From an uncultured Chloroflexia bacterium (GTDB lineage Bacteria > Chloroflexota > Limnocylindria > Limnocylindrales > CSP1-4): a stretch of DNA of 64,000 bases. Position numbers and translations under genes: made by a program. The notes under the pieces are model-generated. The model saw only the letters and a program-made list of their open reading frames with translations, was not told the origin of the DNA and searched no databases. The DNA is taken from NCBI GenBank assembly GCA_963819655.1, contig CAWFXA010000002.1:1600001-1664000 (forward strand). The letters run 5' to 3'. Positions within the stretch are counted from its first letter, which is position 1; every line of letters starts with the position of its first letter. Below are positions 8,985 through 17,053 of the stretch, in pieces.

Positions 8985-9956
8985 ATGGAGCCATCGGAGG
9001 AGATTCGCCGGGTCATCGAGCGATGGACGATCGCGACGGCTCGGGGTGACGATGACCCCCTCGGGCGACTCTCGACGCATCCAGGCACGCTGATGATCGG
9101 CACGGACCCGGCCGAATGGTGGCTTGGTAGGGCCGCGCATGTGATCTGGGCTCGCCAGATCCGTGAGGTCGGTCCCTTTCCGGTCCGGGCGACAGAGATC
9201 GACGCCTGGGAAGAGGGGACCGTCGGCTGGGCAGCCGTCAAGGAGTCGATCGACTGGGAAGGTCGAACCCTGGAGTCGCGCGCGACGTACGTGCTTCACC
9301 TGGAACGCGACGAGTGGAAGATCGTGCAGGTCCACTGGTCGTTCCCCACCGCGAACACGGAAACCCTCGGCCGGGCGCTCACGGTTACGCTCGACGAGCT
9401 CGAGGAGACCGTTCGACGAGAGCAGCCCGACCTCACCGCCTCGCGCGCCGTCGACGGCACGGTCACGATCGTGTTCACCGACATCGTCGACTCGACGCCC
9501 ACGCTTGCGCGGCTCGGTGACGCGGCCTGGCTGGCGATCGTCCAACGCCACAACCAGCTGATCAGCGATGTCACCGCGGCCCATGACGGCGCCGTCGTCG
9601 AGACGCAGGGCGATGGGTCGATGCTCGCCTTCGCGAGCGCTCGCCGCGCGGTCGTGTGCGCGCAGGCCATCCAGCAGGAGATCGCGCGAGCCTTCGCCGA
9701 CCACTCGCCGCCGATCCGCGTGCGGATCGGGATCCACACCGGCGATGCCATCAAGGACGCCGAGCACTTCTACGGGACCACGGTGCACTACGCCGCGCGG
9801 GTCGCGAGCCATGCCGTCGGCGGCGAGGTCCTCGTGTCCAGTGCCGTTCACCTGCTCCTGCAGAGCACTGCCGAGTTCACGTTCCTTCCCGGCCGGGACG
9901 TCGAGCTGAAGGGGATCCCGGGACAGCATCGGTTGTACGCACTCGCATCGCGCTGA
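8985..9956 (+). CDS. SnoaL/NTF2-like domain fused to a class III nucleotidyl cyclase domain
   Basis: N-terminal IGTDPAEWW...RATYVLHLERDEWKIVQVHWS; C-terminal VFTDIVDST, GDG, RIGIHTG, AARV, ELKGIPG cyclase motifs. Confidence 0.88.
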   Translation: MEPSEEIRRVIERWTIATARGDDDPLGRLSTHPGTLMIGTDPAEWWLGRAAHVIWARQIREVGPFPVRATEIDAWEEGTVGWAAVKESIDWEGRTLESRATYVLHLERDEWKIVQVHWSFPTANTETLGRALTVTLDELEETVRREQPDLTASRAVDGTVTIVFTDIVDSTPTLARLGDAAWLAIVQRHNQLISDVTAAHDGAVVETQGDGSMLAFASARRAVVCAQAIQQEIARAFADHSPPIRVRIGIHTGDAIKDAEHFYGTTVHYAARVASHAVGGEVLVSSAVHLLLQSTAEFTFLPGRDVELKGIPGQHRLYALASR

Positions 9957-10115
9957 CCGCGGCGAGCCGGGCGCGCTGATCGGACCGGCCACCGCAGTGG
10001 ACAGAGCGAGGCCGTCCTAAGGCCTGCGTCGGCGGTTCGGTCCGTCCGGGGGCGCCGCGCACTAGTTTCAGGCGGCTGCCCCCGAGTACCACGCCAGAGG
10101 GTCATCCGATTTGGT

Positions 10116-10147
10116 GGCCGTGAGTCCGGGACTCGCCGGGCGTGCCA
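10116..10147 (+). repeat. Degenerate copy of the 3' end of tRNA-Arg(GCG) (att-like scar)
   Basis: ggccgtgagtccgggactcgccgggcgtgcca vs 8821-8852 ggtcgtgagttcgagtctcgccgggcgcgcca, 27/32 identical including CCA. Confidence 0.75.
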
Positions 10148-10217
10148 TCCCCTGCTAGTCTGCGCACGACGTCGTGGCGCGCCGGGAGGGCCTACGGCGT
10201 CGACGGAGGGGGAATCC

Positions 10218-12633
10218 GTGACCCGACGCCACGCATTCGTCTACGCGTCGCTGGCAGCCACTGTGGCCGTGCTGTCTGGTCTCTTCCCGCGCTCGACAGA
10301 GGCCGCGACGACCCTCACCTTCGTGCCGGTCGCCGACGCGCAGGTCAACTCGGGGAACCCCACCGGGAACTACGGCTCCTTGGCCACGATCCGGACGCGC
10401 GAGGCGGCCGGGACTCCGAGCGACCCGACGTACCGCAGCTTCCTCACCTTCGACGTCAGCGGCGTCGGCGGTCAATCGATCACCTCGGTCACGTTGCGCC
10501 TCTATGTGACCGACGCCAGCTCGAATGGCCAGGGCATCCACCGCGTGCCGGATCCGACGTGGTCGGAATCCGCTATCACTTTCGCGAATCCGCCGACATT
10601 CGATCCGTCCGCGCTCGCGACCGCGCCCGTGCCCGCCCTGGGTGCCTACAACGATCTGCCGCTCCCCGTGACCGCCGTCGCCGGCGACGGCCGCATTTCC
10701 TTCGCACTCAAGAGCGTCGGCAACAACTCAGCGATCTTCGCGTCGCGCGAAGCCACCGCCAACCCACCGCGGCTGGTCGTCGTCACCGACGCGGCCGGAC
10801 CGACCCCGACTCCGACCCCCACACCGACGGCCACCGCGACGGCCACGGCGGGTCCCACGCCGACCCCGACCCCGACGCCCACGCCGACAGGACCGCCGAC
10901 GAGCCTCACGATCGCACCGCTGGCCGACGCCCAAGTCCACTCGCGATCACCGAGCACCAACTACGGCTCGCTCTCCTCGCTGCGGACGCGCGAGGACCCG
11001 AACACCGCCAACTCCACCTATCGCTCCTACCTGATGTTCGACGTGAATGGGTTGAGTGGACCCGTGCAATCGGTGCGTCTGCGTCTGTACGTGACCGATG
11101 CCACGAACAGCGCCCAGGGCGTCTACACGATCGGCAACACGACCTGGACCGAGGGCGGTATCACGTATCAGAATGCGCCGGCGATCGGTGGCAGCGCGCT
11201 CGCGTCCGCGACCCCTCGGACGCTTAACGCATACGTCGACATCGACCTGCCCTCCAGCGCGGTCTCCGGCAATGGCAGATATGCCTTCGCGCTCAAGAGT
11301 GCCGGAACCGACAGCCTCATCGTGGCGAGCCGAGAAGCATCCGCCAATCGACCGCAACTCGTCATCAACGGCGGATCGCCGCCACCGCCGACCACTCCCG
11401 TCGGAGCGTTCGCGACGTCACCCAGCTCGGGGAACGCTCCGCTGACCGTGGCGTTCACGGACCAGTCCACCAACGGCCCGACGGCATGGGCGTGGAACTT
11501 CGACGACCCGGGCTCGGGCAGCCAGAACACCTCGAGCCTCCGAAACCCGAGCCACACGTTCGACTTCGCCGGGGTCCTATGACGTCACGCTGACGCCGTC
11601 GAATGGCGCCGGGACCGGCACGCCGGCAACGCACACGATCACGGTAACGACGCCAGGCGGTGGCTCCGGTGACCCGGTCTTCGTCGGTGCGGGCGACATC
11701 GCCAACTGCTCGCGGACCCAGGACGAGGCGACCGCGGTCCTGCTCGACGGCATCGCGGGGACGGTCTTCACCGCCGGCGACAACGTCTACGAGAACGGGA
11801 CGGCGACAGAGTTTGCGAACTGTTATGGGCCGACGTGGGGTCGGCATAAGGGACGCACGCGGCCGGTCGTCGGGAATCACGAGTACCAGACCTCGGGCGC
11901 GACCGGCTACTACAACTACTTCGGCTCCGCCGCGGGCGACCCCTCGAAGGGCTATTACAGCTTTGACATCGGGTCATGGCACGCGATCGTGCTGAACAGC
12001 AACTGTTCGCAGGTCGGTGGGTGCGGCGCCAGCTCAGCCCAGGCGACATGGCTCCGTGCCGACCTGGTCGCCCATCCGGCCTCGTGCACGCTCGCCATCT
12101 GGCACCACCCGCGGTTCACTTCAAGCCGCAGCTCCCCGGACGGATTGACCGCCGCGTTGTGGCAGGCCCTCTACGACGCGGGGGCGGAGCTGGTCATCGG
12201 CGGCCACTACCACAACTACGAGCGGTTCGGTCCCCAGACACCCGCCGGGACCGCGGACAGCGGGTTCGGCGTCCGCGAGGTTGTCGTCGGTACGGGCGGT
12301 GTGGCCCTCGTCGGGTTCTCCGGCGGGGTCATGGCCAACAGCCTCGTGCGCAACAACGCCACCTACGGTGTTCTCAAGTTGACGCTCCATCCGACGAGCT
12401 ACGACTTCGCGTTCGTCCCGATCGCCGGCCAGTCCTTTACCGACACGGGGTCGGGAACCTGCCACGCGACACCGTCGACGAGTGCGCAGGAAGCTGCCGC
12501 GGCCGCGACCGATGTCCAGCTCCGGGCGTGGGCCCGCGACATCGCCGAGCAAACGCGTCGGGGACGGCCGTCGGACGTCCTCGCGGCCGATCTACGGGAT
12601 GCCGCCACCGGATCACGTCCGAGGTCCGACTGA
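10218..12633 (+). pseudogene. Secreted metallophosphoesterase with two DNRLRE/CBM96-like domains and a PKD domain, split by a +1 frameshift at 11571-11574
   Basis: Signal peptide, two ADAQV...RSxLxFDV...LRLYV...SRE repeats, PT linker, PKD (APLTVAFTDQS...WNFDD); removing one G from GGGG restores GSYDVTLT and continues into GAGDIA, GDNVY, GNHEY, WHHP, GHYHNYER phosphoesterase motifs ending at 12633; may be a sequencing error. Confidence 0.8.
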
Positions 12634-12662
12634 CCGAGCGGCCGACCCGTACCATGACCTCG

Positions 12663-13544
12663 ATGGAGAAGGTCGCCTTCCTGGGGCTCGGGACGATGGG
12701 CTCGGCGATGGCCGCCAACCTCGCGCGCGCCGGGTTCCCCGTCACGGCCTGGAACCGGACGCCCGGCCGCGCGCCGGAGCTCGCCGAGCTCGGGGTCGAG
12801 ATCGCGAAGTCGCCCGCCGACGCCAGCGCGGACACGCCGTTGGTCGTCATCTGCGTGTCCGACACACCAGACGTCGAAGCCGTCCTGTTCGGGGAGAACG
12901 GCGTGGCGTCCGGCGCCCGGTCCGGCACGCTCGTCATCGACTGCTCGACGATCGCGCCCTCGGGCAGCTGGGACTTCGCCGCTCGGCTGCGCGAACGCGG
13001 CCTGCGGATGGTCGACGCGCCGGTGTCGGGCGGGAGCGAGGGCGCCAAGAACGCGACCCTAACGATCTTCGTCGGCGGCGACGAGGGGGACGTCGAGCAT
13101 GCCCGTCCCGTGCTGAACGCCCTCGGGCGCACGATCACGCACGTCGGGCCGATCGGTGCCGGCCAGGCGGTCAAGGCCGTGAACCAGGTCATCCTGGCCG
13201 GGACGTATCTGGGCGTCGCCGAAGGACTGGTGCTCGCCATCAAGGCCGGTCTCGACGTGGAGCAGGTCGTGGCCGCCCTCGGCGGTGGCGCCGCCCAGAG
13301 CTGGGTCCTAGCCAACCGAAGTGAGCGGATGATCGAAAACGACTACCCGCTCGGTTTCAAGGTGGCGCTTCATCGCAAGGACCTCGGGATCGCCCTGGAT
13401 CTCGCCGGGCAGCTGGGCGCGGTCCTCCCGGTCAGCGCTCTCGCCGCCCAGATCGAGAACGGGCTCATCGCCAACGGCCACGGCGACGAGGACATGTCCG
13501 CGCTCGCGCGCGCGATCCGCCGGTTGTCGGGCCTCGACGGCTGA
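12663..13544 (+). CDS. NAD(P)-dependent oxidoreductase, 3-hydroxyisobutyrate dehydrogenase / tartronate semialdehyde reductase family
   Basis: FLGLGTMGSAMA, DAPVSGG, GQAVKAVNQ, HRKDL motifs; TACCAT 7 nt upstream of ATG 12663 (alternative start 12654). Confidence 0.9.
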   Translation: MEKVAFLGLGTMGSAMAANLARAGFPVTAWNRTPGRAPELAELGVEIAKSPADASADTPLVVICVSDTPDVEAVLFGENGVASGARSGTLVIDCSTIAPSGSWDFAARLRERGLRMVDAPVSGGSEGAKNATLTIFVGGDEGDVEHARPVLNALGRTITHVGPIGAGQAVKAVNQVILAGTYLGVAEGLVLAIKAGLDVEQVVAALGGGAAQSWVLANRSERMIENDYPLGFKVALHRKDLGIALDLAGQLGAVLPVSALAAQIENGLIANGHGDEDMSALARAIRRLSGLDG

Positions 13545-13566
13545 TCCCGACGCGCCGAAGCGGGCT

Positions 13567-14751
13567 CTAGTCGAGGCCGACCAGCAACATCGGATCCCCG
13601 AGCTTGCCCTCGTACCGCGGGCGGAAGCGCTTCGCGTTGTACATGACGGGGACATCGACCTTGCGCGGACCGAGGGCGGGGTCGGGCAGGGCGGTGTGGG
13701 CGTACTTGCCGTCCTGGATCGCGACCATCCGCCCGGTGATCCCGCTGTGGATCAGGTCCATCGCTACATTGGCGAACGTGGTCGCGACCATCGAATCGAT
13801 CGAGTCGGGCTCACCCGAGCGCAGGTCGTAGGTCAGCTCCGAGGCGAGCGTCTCGATGCCGGTCCGGGCCCGCAGCTCGTACGCGAGGGCCTCACCGACG
13901 TTGGCCTTGTGGCGATGCCCGAAGGCGTCGGCCTCGCCGACATCGCTCACCTTGGCGCCCTTCCAGATGGCGCCCTCGGCGGTAATCACGAACGCGTAGT
14001 GGCTGGGGTTGGCGGCGTGGTCGGCCGCCAGGAGAGCCGCCAGCGCGTCGAGGTCGTACGGCGCCTCGGGGATCACGCAGCGCGCCGAGGTCACGTACGC
14101 GGTGTACAGCGCCGAGAACCCGGCATCCCGCCCGAAGATCCGGAACACGCCGATCCGCTCGTGCGACCCGAGCGTCGTCCGCTGACGGTTGATGGCCTCC
14201 TTGGCGCGCGTGATCGCGGTCGAGAACCCGATGCAGTACTCCGTCCCCTGCACGTCGTTGTCCATCGTCTTGGGGATGGCCACGAGCGGGATGCCGGCAT
14301 CCGCCAGGACCTGCGAGTAGGACAGCGTGTCGTCGCCCCCGATCGTGACGAGGACATCGATGCCAAGGGCCGCGATGTGGTCGAGCACGAGCGGGGTCAG
14401 GTCGTAGATGTCCGTGCCGACGGCCAATTTCTCCCGATCGGACTCGGGCAGCCAGGCGGGCAGTGCCTTCGATGGCATCTTGCGCGGGTTTGTCCGCGAG
14501 GTATGGAGGATGGTCCCGCCGGTGCGCTCGATCGTCCTCGTGTTGATCCGGTCCAGCGGCCGCAGGTACCCCGTGCCGCCGCCGTCGGGCAGATCCGGCT
14601 GGACATGGGTGAGGCCCTCCCAGCCGCGCCGCAGGCCGAGGACGTCGTAGCCGGCCTCGGTCGCCCGGTAGACGACGCTCTTGATGACCGCGTTGAGCCC
14701 CGGCACGTCGCCGCCGCCGGTGAGGACCGCGATGCGTGTGGGGGTCGACAT
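13567..14751 (-). CDS. pfkA: 6-phosphofructokinase family protein, probably PPi-dependent
   Basis: TGGGDVPGLNA, GGTILHTSR, GGDD and PKTMDND motifs; the Asp and Lys at the two specificity positions are typical of PPi-PFKs. Confidence 0.88.
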   Translation of the reverse strand: MSTPTRIAVLTGGGDVPGLNAVIKSVVYRATEAGYDVLGLRRGWEGLTHVQPDLPDGGGTGYLRPLDRINTRTIERTGGTILHTSRTNPRKMPSKALPAWLPESDREKLAVGTDIYDLTPLVLDHIAALGIDVLVTIGGDDTLSYSQVLADAGIPLVAIPKTMDNDVQGTEYCIGFSTAITRAKEAINRQRTTLGSHERIGVFRIFGRDAGFSALYTAYVTSARCVIPEAPYDLDALAALLAADHAANPSHYAFVITAEGAIWKGAKVSDVGEADAFGHRHKANVGEALAYELRARTGIETLASELTYDLRSGEPDSIDSMVATTFANVAMDLIHSGITGRMVAIQDGKYAHTALPDPALGPRKVDVPVMYNAKRFRPRYEGKLGDPMLLVGLD

Positions 14752-14845
14752 GCCGTGGGGAATCCTAGCGTCTTGGTCTCGACGAGGCTGTTGCGGTTCG
14801 GTTGCGGGGGGTTGGGCGCAAACGGGCGTCTGCTAGCATCGCCAC

Positions 14846-15286
14846 ATGAACTACGAGCTGTTCATGGGCGAGGCGCTCGCGGAGGCACAGCTCGCTGTCG
14901 GGCGTGGTGAGCGGCCGATCGCGGCCGTCGCCGTCGTGGACGAGGCGATGGTCGCGCGCGCCCATGACCGAGTCGAGCAGGCCGACGACCCGACCGCTCA
15001 CGCCGTGGTCGTCGCGCTCCGTGATGCCGCGCGTCGGCTCGGTCGGGGACGGCTCGCTGACGCCACGATCTTCACCACCGAGGAGCCGTGCGCGATGTGT
15101 GTCGGCGCGCTCCTGGAGAGCGATGTCGAAGCGCTCGTGTACGCGGTCCCGAACACCCGGGACGGGGCTGCCGGGACCGTCGTCCAGCTCGCCCAGCATG
15201 CTTCGTTGCCGCGCCGGATCAAGGTCGTGAGCGGCATCCGTCGCGACGAGGTCGAGGCGCTCTTCGCCGCCAGTCCGACCGTCTAG
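14846..15286 (+). CDS. tadA: TadA (tRNA adenosine deaminase) homolog lacking the catalytic Glu
   Basis: DPTAHAV (normally DPTAHAE), EPCAMC and GAAG motifs; lies upstream of SRP RNA-dnaX-ybaB-recR as in the Bacillus tadA locus. Confidence 0.85.
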   Translation: MNYELFMGEALAEAQLAVGRGERPIAAVAVVDEAMVARAHDRVEQADDPTAHAVVVALRDAARRLGRGRLADATIFTTEEPCAMCVGALLESDVEALVYAVPNTRDGAAGTVVQLAQHASLPRRIKVVSGIRRDEVEALFAASPTV

Positions 15287-15359
15287 CGGGTCGCCGATAC
15301 GCCCGCCCAAGGGATGCCGGCGAGCGGCTGTCCAAGGCTCGTTTGGTATCCTCTCCCGC

Positions 15360-15445
<86 letters not shown>

Positions 15446-15554
15446 CCACACCCGATCACACGGACCGGTCGAAACCTCGGGCCGATGGCGTCGCGGGGAT
15501 CCGCCGCGGGACTCGGTGCGACTGCGGGAGCACCCCGTTACCCTGTCGACTCGG

Positions 15555-15642
15555 GGAGAGGTCGCCTAGTGGACTATGGCGCCGCACTGGAAATGCGGTT
15601 CGGGGCAACCCGTCGCGGGTTCGAATCCCGCCCTCTCCGCCA
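15555..15642 (+). tRNA. tRNA-Ser(GGA)
   Basis: GGAGAGG acceptor, ccgca-ct GGA aa-tgcgg, variable arm, GGTTCGAATCC, CCA end. Confidence 0.95.
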
Positions 15643-15905
15643 CACTCGCGTCACTCCCGGACGGCCGATGCCTGCGTTGACGCCTGCGGTCCTCGCTCAC
15701 GCACCCCATCGGAGCGCCACTCGCCCGTCATGCCACCCGACCGTGAACTACGCGGACAGGGACGACTTTATGGCGCGCGTAGGGCGGCTTCTGCCTCCAA
15801 TCGAGGCCATCGACGTGCGTAATGCCTGTCCCGATGCGCGGTATGCAGGGTCGACGGTCGTTGGTCCTGCGGCCAGTGGACATACGGTCGTTGCGAAGCG
15901 CGTTA

Positions 15906-15995
15906 TTCAGGGTCGCCCCGGCCGCAGCCGCGTGGTTCACGGTCACCCCGGCCGCACACGCGGTGTTCACGGTCGCCTTGGCCGCAGACGCGGTC
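15906..15995. repeat. Three degenerate 30-bp tandem repeats
   Basis: ttcagggtcgccccggccgcagccgcgtgg / ttcacggtcaccccggccgcacacgcggtg / ttcacggtcgccttggccgcagacgcggtc. Confidence 0.8.
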
Positions 15996-16038
15996 AGGCG
16001 CATCCACGGCCCGCGTCCACGGCCCACGTGTGAGCCCC

Positions 16039-16761
16039 ATGCCTGATATCGAGATCCTGCCGCTCGCGCTGTCCGAGTTCCAGTTCACCGATCCGGCACT
16101 GGCCGACCGGCGTGGTGTCGTCATGGGATACGTCGTCCGGCATCCCGATGGGGTGCTCATGTTCGATACCGGGTTCGGCTTCGGCAACGCCGAGCTCGAC
16201 GAGATGTACGCCCCGGTCGGCCGACCGATCCTCGAGATCCTGAGCGAGGCGGGCGTCGAAAAGGACGAGATCACGGAAGTCGTGAACTGCCACCTCCACG
16301 CGGACCACGCCGGTCAGAACGGAGCGTTTTCGGGCGTGCGCATCCACGTCCAATCGGCCGAATGGGAGGTTGCTCACACGACCGACCACACGGTCCTGGA
16401 GTGGATCGAGGCGCCCGGAGCGACGTACCTCCTCATCGACGGCGACCACGAGATCACGCCCGCGATCCGGGTGATCGCGACCCCCGGCCACACGCCGGGG
16501 CACCAGTCGCTCGCCATCGACACCGATGCCGGCACGGTCGTCCTCGCCGGGCAGGCCTGTTACACGGTCGGGGAATGGGTCGGCGATCCCGACGCCATGG
16601 AGGGCCGGAGCGTCGCGCCGGACCAGTCCGCATACGACCGGTCCATCGAGCGCCTGCGCGAGCTCGACCCCATTCGCGTTCACTTCGGTCACGACCGGGC
16701 GGTCTGGACGGCCGACCCCGCCCGTCCGTCGACCCCTGCTATCCTTCCCGGGCCGTGCTAG
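16039..16761 (+). CDS. Metallo-beta-lactamase-fold hydrolase (N-acyl homoserine lactonase-like)
   Basis: FDTG, HLHADH, TPGHTPGH, AGQA and GHD motifs; the stop codon lies within the 5' end of the SRP RNA. Confidence 0.85.
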   Translation: MPDIEILPLALSEFQFTDPALADRRGVVMGYVVRHPDGVLMFDTGFGFGNAELDEMYAPVGRPILEILSEAGVEKDEITEVVNCHLHADHAGQNGAFSGVRIHVQSAEWEVAHTTDHTVLEWIEAPGATYLLIDGDHEITPAIRVIATPGHTPGHQSLAIDTDAGTVVLAGQACYTVGEWVGDPDAMEGRSVAPDQSAYDRSIERLRELDPIRVHFGHDRAVWTADPARPSTPAILPGPC

Positions 16762-17018
16762 GCGGGGAACTAGCGGTGCCCTGTAGCCTGCAATCCGCTC
16801 CAGCAGGGCCGAATCCCCTCTCGAGGTCTCCGTTCTCGGTCGCCGCCCGTCGGTGCGACGTTGAGGATCGGGTCCCGCGCAGCGGCGAACCGCGAACCGT
16901 GTCAGGTCCGGAAGGAAGCAGCACTAAGCGACCATCGTCGGGTGCCGCGGAACGGCCTGATCCGAGCCGCCCGACGTGGTGGGCCCGGGCGACGGATGAT
17001 CGACGGAGGGTGCACGGC
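16752..17018 (+). ncRNA. ffs: Signal recognition particle RNA, large bacterial type with Alu domain
   Basis: GCCGTGC...GCACGGC terminal pairing, GGGGAAC-AGCGGTGCCCTGT Alu segment, conserved TCAGGTCCGGAAGGAAGCAGC helix 8; directly upstream of dnaX. Confidence 0.92.
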
Positions 17019-17053
17019 ATTTCCGCTCGGCTCACTCTCGACCGGAGGAGGTC

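Noticed and set aside
7605-13544. Intact prophage, ICE or defence island
   Set aside because: No integrase, transposase, phage or recognisable defence genes; only tRNA-derived scars and metabolic or signalling cargo
15906-15995. Possible CRISPR array
   Set aside because: The units are adjacent with no unique spacers, are degenerate, and no cas genes are present
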